A stretch of DNA of 64,000 nt from Pirellulales bacterium (GCA_046349955.1 JAXMBI010000010.1:102319-166318), one strand, 5' to 3'; counted from the stretch's first letter, positions 39,080 to 49,682 are shown. Numbers and translations are program-made. Notes: generated from the sequence alone by a model not told the origin.

Positions 39080-39302
39080 ACCACGGAGACACAGAGGCAC
39101 AGCAGAGGAAAATTGAACCACAAAGGCACGAAGGCACTAAGAATTCATTTCTCGCCAAGGCGCAAAGCTCGCAAAGAAGCGGATGCGCGGCGATCAACCT
39201 CTTTGCGATCTCCTCGCCTTTGCGAGAAAACTCTGCGTCTTCGTGTCTTTGTGCCTTCGTGGTTGATCTCTGCTTGTCTCCGCGCCTCCGCGTCTCCGCG
39301 GT
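39080..39302. repeat. composite nested palindromic repeat (three nested hairpin units), locus 3
   Basis: Outer arms ACCACGGAGACACAGAGGCAC / GCGCCTCCGCGTCTCCGCGGT. Middle arms AACCACAAAGGCACGAAGGCAC / GTGTCTTTGTGCCTTCGTGGTT. Inner arms TTCTCGCCAAGGCGCAAAG / CTCGCCTTTGCGAGAA. It fills the GNAT-pheT spacer. Confidence 0.7.
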
Positions 39303-39308
39303 TCGTGC

Positions 39309-39719
39309 CTACTTGAGTTCCTCGCCCGGCAGCAAACGCCAGGCGCGGGGGTGGTGGTCGAAGCCGACGCGGCGGTAGAACTCGTTGGCCTGCGGGGCGG
39401 AGAGGAGCACGAGCATCGTTTCGGGGTGCAGGGCCTGCCGCGTGCGCTTCAGCAGCTCGCGTCCGATCCCTTGCCGCTGATGGTCGGGGCAGACCGCGAG
39501 GTCGGCCACGTAGGCCACGTACGAAAAGTCGGTCAGCGTGCGGGCCAGGCCCACCAGTCGGTCGCCGTCCCAGGCGCTCACGATCAGGTTCGCGCCTTCG
39601 ACCATCTGCTGCACCCGCGCGCGGTCATGAATCGGCCGGCGGTCGGCCAGCGTCGACGACTGGTAGAGCGCGATCACCTGCTCAACGTCCAGGTCGTTGC
39701 CTAGGCGGTAGGTGATCAT
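39309..39719 (-). CDS. GNAT-family N-acetyltransferase
   Basis: Motif A HQRQGIGRELL. Start taken at MITYRLG, which avoids overlap with pheS. Confidence 0.75.
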   Translation of the reverse strand: MITYRLGNDLDVEQVIALYQSSTLADRRPIHDRARVQQMVEGANLIVSAWDGDRLVGLARTLTDFSYVAYVADLAVCPDHQRQGIGRELLKRTRQALHPETMLVLLSAPQANEFYRRVGFDHHPRAWRLLPGEELK

Positions 39720-39744
39720 GGGGCAGGCCTCGGCCACGGCCGCG

Positions 39745-40776
39745 TCAGAACTGGTGCAGGAACCGTACGTCATTCTTATAGAACTCCCGGATGTCCGTAA
39801 CTCCGTGGCGGCGAGCGCAAACCCGCTCCACGCCGAGGCCGAAGGCGAATCCTGTCACCTCTTCGGGGTCATAGCCCACGGCGGCCAGCACATGGGGGTC
39901 GACCATGCCGGCGCCCCCCATTTCGATCCAGCGGTCGTGCCAACTCATGTCCACCTCGACGCTCGGCTCGGTGAACGGAAAGAACGACGGGCGGAAGCGG
40001 ATATGAACGTCGGTTCCCAAAAAGCTCGTGGCGAATAGCCGCAACACGCTCTTCAGATCGGCCATCGTCACCTGTCGGTCGACGAGCAGCCCCTCGATCT
40101 GATGGAACATCGGGTAGTGCGTGGCGTCGGGCGTGTCGGGCCGATACACGCGTCCTAGCGACACGATCCGCACCGGCGGCCGCTGCTTTTCCATCACGCG
40201 AATCTGCACCGTGCTCGTTTGGCTGCGGAGCAGCATCGGGCCACCGCCGGTCTTGCTGGCGGTAGCCAGGTAGAAGTTCTCGAGCGGGTCGCGGGCAGGG
40301 TGCGAGGCCGGGATGTTCAGGGCCTCGAAGTTGTGCCACTCGTCTTCGACCTCGGGGCCGTCGACGACGCTGAACCCCAGCCGCCCCATGATGTCCTTTA
40401 GCTCCTCGATCGTCTGCGTGATCGGGTGCAGATGGCCCAGCCGCACCGGCGTGCCAGGGAGGGTGGGGTCGAAGGTCGGGTCGGCGGCCTGTTGAACGCC
40501 GCCGGCGGATAGCCGCTCTTGGGCGGCGGCGAGCGCGGCCTCGAGCCCGGTCTTCACTTCGTTGAAGCGCTTGCCGGCGGCCGGCTTGTCGGCCTTGTCG
40601 ACCTGGCCGAGCCCCTGCTGCCCGGTCTTCAGCCGCCCGCTCTTGGCGCCCAGAAACTCGACGCGGGCAGCCTCGAGCGAGGCGATATCAGCGGCCGCGG
40701 CAAAGGCGGCCTCGCCGGCGCTTTGCAACTCATCCAATTGGGCAACGAAGGAAGCGAGCGACACGCGAGCAGCCAA
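39745..40776 (-). CDS. pheS: phenylalanine--tRNA ligase alpha subunit
   Basis: [48 protein letters not shown]. Confidence 0.95.
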   Translation of the reverse strand: MAARVSLASFVAQLDELQSAGEAAFAAAADIASLEAARVEFLGAKSGRLKTGQQGLGQVDKADKPAAGKRFNEVKTGLEAALAAAQERLSAGGVQQAADPTFDPTLPGTPVRLGHLHPITQTIEELKDIMGRLGFSVVDGPEVEDEWHNFEALNIPASHPARDPLENFYLATASKTGGGPMLLRSQTSTVQIRVMEKQRPPVRIVSLGRVYRPDTPDATHYPMFHQIEGLLVDRQVTMADLKSVLRLFATSFLGTDVHIRFRPSFFPFTEPSVEVDMSWHDRWIEMGGAGMVDPHVLAAVGYDPEEVTGFAFGLGVERVCARRHGVTDIREFYKNDVRFLHQF

Positions 40777-40922
40777 GCCACAGGGTACGGAAAGTACGAA
40801 ACGGCCTAACTACCCGAGAGCCAAGATCGCCAAGCGGTTCGGGTAGATTGCCCAGATTGTAGCCAGAGGGGTGCAAGACCGCACCGCGAGTTCCGGCTAA
40901 ATCGCCTGCAGCGCGGCACGAA

Positions 40923-41288
40923 CTAAGCCGCGACCGCTTCGAGCGACTTCTTGACCACGGCGACGACGGCGTCGAACCCTTCCGGGTCGTGAATCGCCAT
41001 CTCCGACAGGATCTTGCGGTCGAGCGCGATCTCGGCCTGCTTGAGTCCATGAATGAAGGCGCTGTAGCGGAGGCCGCGCATCTTCACGGCGGCGCTTAGG
41101 CGGGTGATCCACAGGCGGCGGAAGTCGCGTTTGCGAACGCGGCGGTCGCGCGTGGCGTAGACGCCCGCCCGGACCAGCGTTTCCTTGGCCGTCCGCAGCA
41201 ACTTGCGACGCCCCCCCACATAGCCCTTGACCTTCTTGAACAGCCGCTTCTTGGCGTGGTTGCGGGCGGCGCCTTTGGTCGTTCTCAT
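40923..41288 (-). CDS. rplT: 50S ribosomal protein L20
   Basis: [47 protein letters not shown]. Confidence 0.95.
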   Translation of the reverse strand: MRTTKGAARNHAKKRLFKKVKGYVGGRRKLLRTAKETLVRAGVYATRDRRVRKRDFRRLWITRLSAAVKMRGLRYSAFIHGLKQAEIALDRKILSEMAIHDPEGFDAVVAVVKKSLEAVAA

Positions 41289-41369
41289 CGCGAGGTCCTA
41301 AACGTTCGAAAGCGGGCGTTGCGGGAAGGGCGGGCGGAAACGATGCGGCTAAGCGCCTAGAGAATAAGG

Positions 41370-41573
41370 CTAGTAGCTGTTGCCGGCCAGAGCTTGCACC
41401 ACGTTGGCCGTCATCGACTTGTGCAGCACCTTGGTGCCGCGCAAGCGGAGCTTGTTCTTGTGGGTCTTCCGCGAGGCGCGGTGGCTCGTGCCCGCCTGCC
41501 GATGCTTGACCTTGCCGGAGGCCGTGAGGCGGAACCGCTTCTTGGTGCCTTTGTGGGTCTTCTGCTTGGGCAT
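41370..41573 (-). CDS. rpmI: 50S ribosomal protein L35
   Basis: [31 protein letters not shown]. Confidence 0.95.
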   Translation of the reverse strand: MPKQKTHKGTKKRFRLTASGKVKHRQAGTSHRASRKTHKNKLRLRGTKVLHKSMTANVVQALAGNSY

Positions 41574-41863
41574 GGGAAAGGGCTGCTCGAGCTAAAGGGG
41601 GCCGTGGCCGAAAGTTATCGCTCAGGCGCGGCCCGAGCCGGTTTGCAAGAATCCGTCATTATACGGTTTTGCCGCTGCGACGGAAGAGGTGCGTGAGAAA
41701 ACAAACAGGGGTCGTCGGACCGCCGTCGGCGCCCCACCCAGACCGCCCCTCTTCACTCGGAGGCAGCCACAGCCGCTCCCATTGCAGACCGACCCCGACG
41801 GGACTCGGCCGCACGCTCATGGGGGCCAGGCGGTTGGCGGCGGGACGCAGGGCAGGCAGGCGG

Positions 41864-44755
41864 TTAGCGGGATCGAAAGCCGGCATGATCGTGTTCCTCG
41901 TTGCGGGGCAACCCGGGCGCGCTCATGCGATGAGGGCCGGCCAAGTTGCGGTGGCGATTCTCGAACCGGCGGGCGGTCGCTTCGCCCTCACCCGGCTCGT
42001 CCCCCTGCTGAGCGTCGACCGGGTCCGGTCTGTTACGCGTCAGCCACACGAAAAACGCCGGCAACAAGATCACGCTCGTCAGCAGGCAGCAGGTCGCCCC
42101 GAGGGTCATGATCCGCCCCAGGCTGTAGAGCCCCCGGTGGCTGGCGATCATCAGGCTTGCAAAGCTGGCCACGGTGGTCAGCGACGTCAGCATCATGGCG
42201 ATCGTCGTCGACGGGGTCAGCCGGTAGCGGCCCGACTGCGAACGATAGTCGTGAACGATATGCACCCCGTCTTCCACGCCCACGCCGATGAGTAGCGGCA
42301 GGGCGATCATGTTGGCCGGGTTGAGCGGAATGTCCATCAGCCCCATGAGGCCGAACGTCTGCACCATGCCGAGTCCCAGGGGGAGCATGGCCAGCAGCGT
42401 GTGGCGTACGCTGCGGAAGTCGAGCCAGATGGCCACCACGATGCCAACCACCGAGTAGATCGCCGCCATCAGGTAGCTGCGCTGCATGGTTTGCGAGGCT
42501 TCGTAGGTTTGCAGCGGGTTGCCGGTGGCCCGCGGGTCGACGCTCCGCACGTCGGCTACGAACTTGGCCAAGGCCTCCATGTCCCACGTGTTGTCGCGGG
42601 CATAGATCTTCAGCAGGTGCCGCCCGCCCTGGCCCACGAAGCGGGTCACCAGGCTTTGCGGCAGATCGCCCAACTCCGGCGGATTTGGATCGGCCACTTC
42701 GCGCAAGAAGTGCATGCGGCTCAGCAGATCGCCGGCCATCTGCTGCTGGTAGCCCGAGATGCGAGCGTAGCATTCCTGCGGCGGCAGCCGGCGGAGGACG
42801 TCGCGAATCTGGTCGAGGTCGCGAATGATCTTCTGGCTCTCCGGGCCCGCCGGCAGCATGCCGCGTACCCGCGAGAGCGCCCGACCCAAGTTCTCGGGCG
42901 AGTCGACCGGAATCAACTGCGGCGTTTCGGCCAGGTTGGCCAAGCGGCGGTCGATCCTCTGGATGGCCGGGCGCTTGTGCTCGTGATCGGCCGGCAGCAG
43001 CGACACGATCTCTTCCGTGCGCTCGACCGTGGGCAATTGCAGGAACTTCGCTTTGCGGGCGAGCAACTCCTCGCGGCTTTCGGCCACGGAGAGCGCGAAC
43101 CACACGCTCTGCCCATGATCCTCGAGCAGCTTGCGCTCGAGTTCCACGCTTTCGAGCCCCTGGGCCTGCAGGTTCAGCAGGTTGTGGTCGTACCAGAGCT
43201 TGGGGAGGCCGAAGGCGGTGAGCCCGGTGATGACGAGCGTGAGCGCGGCTGCAGTGAGGGGCACCTTGAGCAAGGGCGCTGCCCAGAGATCGACCCTCAG
43301 CGACTCCGGCAAGACCTCGTGGCGTTTGTGGCGGTCCCACAGGTAGATGACGGCCGGCAGCACCAGCAGCGTGGCGACCATGCAGCAAAGGATTCCGCCG
43401 CCGCCGATCGTGCCTAACTCGGCCACGCCCGTGAATTCGGTGTAGCCGATGGCGAAGAACGAGAGCGCCGTGGCTACTCCCGAGGTGAATACGCCGGGGC
43501 CCACGTCGCGGGCGGTGCGGGCAATAAGGTCGATGTCGCAGGGACCCCGCCGCCGCAGATGCAGGTAGCGGGCCACGTAGTGGATCGGGTAGTTGTTGCC
43601 TTGCCCGATCAGCACCACGGCGAAGGCGCTGCTCAGGATGTTCAAGTGCCCCACCGCCACGGCCAGATAGCCGACCGACCAGGCCATGCCGACGCCGACG
43701 ACAAAGGTCGAAAGCAGCGCATGGCGCAGGCCGCCGAGCCCTGCGGCGAAGAGGACGAACACGCCGATCAGCCCCAGGATGGTGGCCTCCTGCATGTCCA
43801 TCTGACTGACCTGCATCTCGTCGTGCTCCATCACCGGCAGGCCGGTGAGGCCGATTTCGACATCGGGATGCCGCGCGCCCACCTGCGCGATCAGCTTGCG
43901 CAGCTCGGCGATCGCCTGCTGGTTGCGGGCGAGGCCCGTTTCTCCCTGGTCGACCAGCCGCAGCATGATGAAGCCCAGCCGCCCTTGCTCGGTGAGCAGG
44001 TACTGCGAGCCCAACTCACTGAGCGTGGCGAAGGAGTGGGGCATCTCCGGCCACGGGGATTGATACTGCCCCGGCTCGGTGAGCGCGACTGCCAAGCCGC
44101 GGGCCAACCGGCCTAGTTCAGCTTGAGCGGCGGCCTGCATCGCGGCCGCGGCCGGCCCCGAGGGCGGAGCCTGCGGGAGGGCGGGCTGCCCCGGGTTCGC
44201 AGCCGGTTGCCCCAGCCGCATGGACATGCCCAAGGTCATGCGGCCCAGGTTCAGGTTCGACCAATCCCCTTCGAGGATCGGCGAGAGCTTGTCGAGAAAG
44301 CCTTCGATGCCTTGCAGCTCGGGGGCCGGCAGGTAGTGCAGGGCTTTGGAGCGGATCGGCGAGAGATCGATTTCATGGAGCACGGCGTGAAAGAGCTGCT
44401 TCTCCTTCACGAGCGCGCCGGAGAGCTCCTGGAGCGCCGGCACCACCTGGTCGCGGCTCGCGCCTTCGACCACGACGACGGCGTCGTCTTCGGCCCCGAA
44501 CTCCTGGATGTATTCGAGCCAGAGCTGGTTGTAGCCGCTCTGGGGATTCAGCAAATCGAGCCGGCTGGTGCGATAGTCGACCCGGCGGGCCGCATAGAGC
44601 ACGCACACGGCGGCGGCGGCCGTGCAGAGAACGAGCGTGGCCACCGGATAGCGCAGCACCCCGCGGGTCAGGGCGGCGAGCGGCCGCGCAAAGATCGAGG
44701 GCTCTTCTTCCGGCGGCATCCCTTCCGCGGACATCAGCGTGCTCCGAGTTGTCAC
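41864..44755 (-). CDS. MMPL/RND-superfamily transporter (two 6-TM bundles, two large periplasmic loops)
   Basis: Duplicated TM blocks VLIGQGNNYPIHYVARY and LLIGVGVEDGVHIVHDY, which are MMPL GxGxDYxIH-like. 963 aa. Confidence 0.75.
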   Translation of the reverse strand: MTTRSTLMSAEGMPPEEEPSIFARPLAALTRGVLRYPVATLVLCTAAAAVCVLYAARRVDYRTSRLDLLNPQSGYNQLWLEYIQEFGAEDDAVVVVEGASRDQVVPALQELSGALVKEKQLFHAVLHEIDLSPIRSKALHYLPAPELQGIEGFLDKLSPILEGDWSNLNLGRMTLGMSMRLGQPAANPGQPALPQAPPSGPAAAAMQAAAQAELGRLARGLAVALTEPGQYQSPWPEMPHSFATLSELGSQYLLTEQGRLGFIMLRLVDQGETGLARNQQAIAELRKLIAQVGARHPDVEIGLTGLPVMEHDEMQVSQMDMQEATILGLIGVFVLFAAGLGGLRHALLSTFVVGVGMAWSVGYLAVAVGHLNILSSAFAVVLIGQGNNYPIHYVARYLHLRRRGPCDIDLIARTARDVGPGVFTSGVATALSFFAIGYTEFTGVAELGTIGGGGILCCMVATLLVLPAVIYLWDRHKRHEVLPESLRVDLWAAPLLKVPLTAAALTLVITGLTAFGLPKLWYDHNLLNLQAQGLESVELERKLLEDHGQSVWFALSVAESREELLARKAKFLQLPTVERTEEIVSLLPADHEHKRPAIQRIDRRLANLAETPQLIPVDSPENLGRALSRVRGMLPAGPESQKIIRDLDQIRDVLRRLPPQECYARISGYQQQMAGDLLSRMHFLREVADPNPPELGDLPQSLVTRFVGQGGRHLLKIYARDNTWDMEALAKFVADVRSVDPRATGNPLQTYEASQTMQRSYLMAAIYSVVGIVVAIWLDFRSVRHTLLAMLPLGLGMVQTFGLMGLMDIPLNPANMIALPLLIGVGVEDGVHIVHDYRSQSGRYRLTPSTTIAMMLTSLTTVASFASLMIASHRGLYSLGRIMTLGATCCLLTSVILLPAFFVWLTRNRPDPVDAQQGDEPGEGEATARRFENRHRNLAGPHRMSAPGLPRNEEHDHAGFRSR

Positions 44756-45005
44756 GGCCCGCGCAACCGTCTGGGCACGGCGGCGCCAAGCGTTCTAACG
44801 CAAGACTGCCCTGGCCGGCGGCGCCTCGTCCATGGGCGCGCACTTCCAGGCGATGAGGAGGCGGATTCTACCGGGCCGCGAAAATGCCAACAAGGCGAGT
44901 CCGGCGACGCTGGCAGTCCGCAAACCCTTGAAAAGACTGGGTTTGACGCGCGGGGCCCCGTCATCTCGTCCTGCTGGGCCGCCAAATCCTACCGCCCGAT
45001 TTGCT

Positions 45006-45887
45006 TCAGTCGAGCGATCCAGTTGCCAGATATCGTTCGATCACAGCCCATTCCGCCGGATCGCTGACCTCGGCGGCCCAGGCTTGCACCCCGGCTAGGT
45101 TCTGGTCCCAGCATTCGCGGAAGGCCGGCAGCCACAAACTGCGGGCAAAGCGAGTCTCCAGATGCCTGGAGCCGTGAAAGTGCCAGATGCGGACATCTTC
45201 CGTATCCGCAGCATGAACGGGAGAGCAGTTGTATCGGCAATCGAGCAACCGGTGAGGATAGTGGGGCAGCAGCAACTGCAGGGCAATCTCATCGGGGATG
45301 AAGGTCTCCCAGCCGACTGCTGCCAACTCGTACCAGGGCCGCAGGATCGGTGCTCCGGCGCGAAAGGCAAAGACGCCGCCGTTCACCGCGGGGCGATCGG
45401 CCTGGGCCGTGTCGACGAGAGAGTTGATGTACTCAAGCGGAAAGTGTCGCTGCTCAAGCGTCCGCCAGCGCTCCAAACGGTTCAAGACGGGCGGTTGGTT
45501 CGTCCGCCAGTTGGCGAACTGCGTGGCGACGAACGGGGCTTCGTCCGACAGCTCGAACAACGCCGAGATATCGCCGACGATGAGCGTATCGGCATCGAGG
45601 ACAGCCGCAGCGTCGTAAGGCACGCAACTTAACAGCGACAGCTTGGTCAGGTAGGCCGAATTCCGACCCGCTGCGATCTCGGGATACTGGCTGGCTCGCA
45701 GGCCCAACCGAGGTTCATCAGCCAGGCGTTCGCCCAGAGTATCGGACTCGGGACGAGTCGTGTAAATCGTCGTCGGGCCGGAATAAAGTAGCCGCAGGGT
45801 TGCAACTGCTACAAGCAGCCGCAGCTCATAGCCGCCCGCCGTGACCAGGAAAAGGGCGGCCTCTGCACGATTGCGCGCAGTCGTCAT
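45006..45887 (-). CDS. GT-A fold (GT8-like) glycosyltransferase
   Basis: DxD motif LDADTLIV, NGGVFAF. Weak overall pattern. Confidence 0.4.
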   Translation of the reverse strand: MTTARNRAEAALFLVTAGGYELRLLVAVATLRLLYSGPTTIYTTRPESDTLGERLADEPRLGLRASQYPEIAAGRNSAYLTKLSLLSCVPYDAAAVLDADTLIVGDISALFELSDEAPFVATQFANWRTNQPPVLNRLERWRTLEQRHFPLEYINSLVDTAQADRPAVNGGVFAFRAGAPILRPWYELAAVGWETFIPDEIALQLLLPHYPHRLLDCRYNCSPVHAADTEDVRIWHFHGSRHLETRFARSLWLPAFRECWDQNLAGVQAWAAEVSDPAEWAVIERYLATGSLD

Positions 45888-46186
45888 AAAAGATCGGCAA
45901 GACCTCAGGTCGCGGGCAAACTAGGCGCTGCGGAAGATTCGCGGTCCCGCACGCGTCAGGCCGCCCAGTAAGGCGCGCTAGTCATTCGCCCTGCGGCCAG
46001 TGAGTCGGCTTCTTGTTCTTCCGATCGCGGCGCTGGCGCCGTCACCCCGCAAGGCGAGTCCAGCGATGGCTTGCGCGCCTAACACGTGCAAAAGCAATAG
46101 CTGAATTCGCTTGATCCGCTATTGGCCATGGGGCGTCTTCGCAAACTGCTCGAGAGCCAGACGCCTCGCCGCAATACATCCGAAAC

Positions 46187-46825
46187 CTAGTACGGCGGCT
46201 CCTCAGTCTCCGAAAAGCGTTTGTCCGCCCATGCCCGCGCTTCGCGAAGCCGCTGCGAGCTCTGCGGATCCTTGTCCGCTGCGGCCAACCGCTCCAGCGC
46301 GTCCAGGAGCCCGCGCTTCGTGCCCAACACCGCGATCATGATCTCCAGGCACTTCTTTTGCGCGGCGGCATCGTCGGTGCTCTTCAGCAGTTCGACCACT
46401 CCCGGCAGACCGATCCGCCCCATCTTCTTGAGCGCATCCGAGGCTGGATAGTCGAGCAATCCATAGCCGAAGCTCACTTCCTTATCATGCTCCGCCTCCT
46501 CAGGCAACATAGCGACCAGCGTCTTCGCAGCCGGCCGATAGTTCAGCTCCCCGAGGAGCACGGCTGCCCCCGCCCGTTGCTTGTAGCCGTAGTCGGACTT
46601 CGACTCCAAGATCTCGACGAGCTGTTGCCCAAGGGATCTCTTCTCCTTCAGGACCCGATTGACGTCATCCTCGACGGCGTCGGGATTCTGAAGCAGCGAA
46701 CTTAGGTTGACGGTTCCGCCCGCAGTGCCTGCGTCCTGTAGGCCGGCCAGGGCGACAGCCGAAACACCGAGAAGGGCTGCCCCGACGACAACGACGCTGC
46801 GCAGACGCCCAACGCACATGTTCAC
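46187..46825 (-). CDS. secreted HEAT-repeat protein
   Basis: Signal peptide. HEAT-like helices RAGAAVLLGELNYRPAAKTLVAML and ASDALKKMGRIGLPGVVELL. Confidence 0.45.
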   Translation of the reverse strand: MNMCVGRLRSVVVVGAALLGVSAVALAGLQDAGTAGGTVNLSSLLQNPDAVEDDVNRVLKEKRSLGQQLVEILESKSDYGYKQRAGAAVLLGELNYRPAAKTLVAMLPEEAEHDKEVSFGYGLLDYPASDALKKMGRIGLPGVVELLKSTDDAAAQKKCLEIMIAVLGTKRGLLDALERLAAADKDPQSSQRLREARAWADKRFSETEEPPY

Positions 46826-46850
46826 CTCCGGGGATCGGCCAAGAATGCAG

Positions 46851-47861
46851 CTAGCTTCCGTAGCTCATCGCCGCTAGCCGCTCGAGCAGCGCGAGCGCAG
46901 CCCCCGAATCGATCGCGGCCGCGGCCTGTTCTACGCCGCTGCGGAGCGTTTCGGCTTTTCCGGCCACGCAGAGCGCGGCCGCCGCGTTTGCTAGCACGAT
47001 GTTGCGGGCAGGACCTTGCTCGCCTGAGAGCACCCGCCGTACGACCGCGGCGCTCTGTTCCGGGTTCTCGACCGCCAGCGGCGCCAGGCTGCTAGCAGGC
47101 AGGCCGAAGTCGGCGGCGGTCCATTCGAAGGGCTGGAGTGCCTCGGCCGTGACTTCCGTGACCGATGTCTTGGCTTCCAAGTTGACTTCCCCCAGACCAT
47201 GTCCGCAGACGACCAGCGACCTCCGGGTGCCCAAGAGCTGCAGCGCTTCGGCCAGCTTGTTCTGAAGTTCGGGCCTTCCCGTGCCCAAGACCTGAAACGG
47301 GGCCCCGGCCGGATTGCAAAGGGGGCCCAGCAGATTGAAGATCGTGCGCACGCCCAGCTTCCGCCGCACGGCGCCCACCTGCTTCATCGCGGGGTGCAGG
47401 GCCGGGGCAAAGCAGAAGCAGAGCCCGAGCTCCGCCAGGCAGCGCTCGATCGTGGGGACATCAGCCTCGAGATTCACGCCGAGGGCTGCGAGCACGTCGG
47501 CCGAGCCGCTGCGGCTAGTGACGCTGCGGTTGCCGTGTTTGGCCACCGGCAGGCCGGCGGCCGCCGTGACGATGGCGGCCGTGGTGCTGATATTAAAGGT
47601 CTGCGACGCGTCCCCCCCGGTTCCGCAGGTGTCGACGAACACCTCGTGCGTCGAGCGAATCCGCGTCATGTGCCGCCGCATGCACTGGGCGGCCCCAGCC
47701 AGCTCCGCGCTCGTTTCACCCTTTTCGCGCAGCGCGATCAGGAAGACGCCGATTTGCCCCTCGGCGGCCTGCCCGCTCATGATGTGCTCGAGCGCGGCGT
47801 CCATCTCGGCGAGCGTCAGGTCTTCGCCGGCGGAGAGACGGCCGAGGGCAGCTTGGAACAT
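46851..47861 (-). CDS. trpD: anthranilate phosphoribosyltransferase
   Basis: DTCGTGGDASQTFNISTTAAIV, VAKHGNRSVTSRSGSADVLAALG. Start taken at MFQAALG. Confidence 0.9.
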   Translation of the reverse strand: MFQAALGRLSAGEDLTLAEMDAALEHIMSGQAAEGQIGVFLIALREKGETSAELAGAAQCMRRHMTRIRSTHEVFVDTCGTGGDASQTFNISTTAAIVTAAAGLPVAKHGNRSVTSRSGSADVLAALGVNLEADVPTIERCLAELGLCFCFAPALHPAMKQVGAVRRKLGVRTIFNLLGPLCNPAGAPFQVLGTGRPELQNKLAEALQLLGTRRSLVVCGHGLGEVNLEAKTSVTEVTAEALQPFEWTAADFGLPASSLAPLAVENPEQSAAVVRRVLSGEQGPARNIVLANAAAALCVAGKAETLRSGVEQAAAAIDSGAALALLERLAAMSYGS

Positions 47862-48015
47862 GGTCGGCGGAAGAATGGCAACAGCGGGAAACGCGGCGCC
47901 TGGAACGGCGCACACCTACGCCCTAATGTAATTGCCGGTTCGCCAAGACGTCAGCCCGCCTGGCGGCCCCGCAGAGCCGCCACTCGGGCCAAGAAGCGTC
48001 GACCCCGCAAGGGCC

Positions 48016-48363
48016 CTAGCGCTGGGCTGCTTCGTCGAACTGCTCTTCGAGCTGGATCAAGATTTCGATCACCTCGAGCGAATCAGCCCCCAGCTCGCTG
48101 AGTGTGGTCCAATCGGCGCGCACCCGGCTGCGGTCGACGCCGAGTTGGTGGGCCACGATGTCGGTCAGCCGCTCCTGCACCGTGTTGGCGTCGTCGGGAC
48201 GGAAAAACCGCGTCGAGGAGCGGAGCGACACGTACCAGAGCGAGTGCCCGCAATGCGGGCAAGACACGTCGCCCAAAGGAGCGGTGAGGTGCAGCTTGAG
48301 GTCAGCGGCGCAGGCCGGGCATTGATTGGCGGCGCCAGTGGCATCGTGCGGGATCGAGATCAT
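48016..48363 (-). CDS. acyl-carrier-protein-like domain with an N-terminal zinc-ribbon extension
   Basis: ACP signature LSELGADSLEVIEILIQLEEQFD (DSL serine). N-terminal CPAC-X18-CPHC. An internal GTG (..YVSL..) could instead start a plain ACP. Confidence 0.6.
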   Translation of the reverse strand: MISIPHDATGAANQCPACAADLKLHLTAPLGDVSCPHCGHSLWYVSLRSSTRFFRPDDANTVQERLTDIVAHQLGVDRSRVRADWTTLSELGADSLEVIEILIQLEEQFDEAAQR

Positions 48364-48548
48364 GGGTCATTCTCCTTAACGGGCGCCTAGAGCGAACGAC
48401 TTCGTGTGGGCAAATCCTGCGCCAGTGATTGCAGCCTAGCCGCCGGCGGGCGGCGCCTCTACGGCCAGTCTGGGGAACGCTTCCCCACTTCCGCATAGCG
48501 TGGCGGCGCTCGACGATGTTACGCGCCGTTGCCGCCCATTGTAGCGGG

Positions 48549-49184
48549 TTACTTCAAGTCCACCGACCAGTAGGCGTCGTTCAAGAACGTTTTCCAACTC
48601 TCGTACTTCGGGTTGCCCAGCTTAATCGTCAAAAGCGGACTTCTCTTGGGCTTCACCGGAGGACGGATCAGCTTCATGTGCGCCTGCTGGGGCGTCCTTC
48701 CCCCCTTGCGGACGTTGCACGACACGCAACTGCAGACGATGTTCTCCCAGCAGGTCGGACCATTCTGACTGCGCGGGACGACGTGGTCTAGGCTCAGCTC
48801 GCTCGTGGGGAAGCCCTGGCCGCAATATTGGCAGTGGTTTCCGTCGCGGGCAAACACGTTGCGGCGGTTGAACCGCACTGTTTGCTTGGGGGTGCGGTCG
48901 TAGCCCAGCAGGCGAATCACCCGCGGCGCCTGAATACGGAAGTTCACCGCCTGGATCCAGTCGTCGTGCGGGTGCTCATAGGCCTCGCGCAATGCGCTAA
49001 TCTCGCGCCACGACTCGAAGTCGTAGTTGGCGTACTGCCCCTCCTCGAGGTGGATGACCTCAGCCAGTTCGCGCACCAACAAGGCGAACGCACGGCGCAC
49101 CGAGATCACATGAACCGCCATGTAGAAGCGGTTCAACACCAGCACACTAGCGGCCAGGCTTGGCGAAGCGGCCACGCGAGTCAT
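48549..49184 (-). CDS. HNH endonuclease family protein
   Basis: CQYCG..LSLDHVVPRSQNG..NIVCSCVSCNVRKG. Confidence 0.8.
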   Translation of the reverse strand: MTRVAASPSLAASVLVLNRFYMAVHVISVRRAFALLVRELAEVIHLEEGQYANYDFESWREISALREAYEHPHDDWIQAVNFRIQAPRVIRLLGYDRTPKQTVRFNRRNVFARDGNHCQYCGQGFPTSELSLDHVVPRSQNGPTCWENIVCSCVSCNVRKGGRTPQQAHMKLIRPPVKPKRSPLLTIKLGNPKYESWKTFLNDAYWSVDLK

Positions 49185-49682
49185 GCAACGTCTCCCGAGC
49201 GACGAGGAGCGATCCTCGGCCGGTGCGGCTGGAGAATCAGCCAGCCGACAGCCTTGCGGCTCTCGGCGTTCCGAACGGGGATCGCGGAACTAGGGGTTCC
49301 GCAGATCGGCGAGGAAGGAGAGCGAGCAAACCGGACGGGATCAGGCCTCTTTCTTGCCGGATCACGACCCTGTTTATTGTACCCGGCCGGCCAGGGGGCC
49401 ACCAGGACCAGGGGCGATTCGCACAAACTCCTCACATTCTCTTCCGACGCGTTTGGCCGCGGTGAAGTTCGCCTTTGCCGCGCGATTCGCCGCTAGCAGA
49501 CGGCCGCTCGCGGCCTACCCTCGACTCTGGGCACGAGATCGATGGGCGGCCTCTGCCGCAAGTTTTTCCGCCGCCTCTGGGTTGCTTGGCGCGCGCGAGC
49601 GCTATTAGGATGAAGGAGGTCAAGCTGATGCAAGCGCCGTATGCTGCGGCGGTTGCCAGCGTCCTCTAGGGAAACTGGCTCG

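Noticed and set aside
39080-39302. Idea that arm mismatches are all G:U-compatible on the minus strand (RNA-level selection)
   Set aside because: This holds for the four differences in the outer arms (all A vs G). The middle arms and locus 1 (28865-28962) show mixed directions and transversions, so the pattern is not consistent.
34551-39378. Very long ORFs 34551..36974 (-, 807 aa) and 37033..39378 (+, 781 aa)
   Set aside because: They are antisense to the PpiD-like gene and to pheT respectively. They are Arg/Gly/His-rich with no motifs, so they are shadow ORFs. The same reasoning applies to 21158..21922 (-), 53419..54459 (+), 58819..60099 (-), 51932..52798 (-) and similar track entries.
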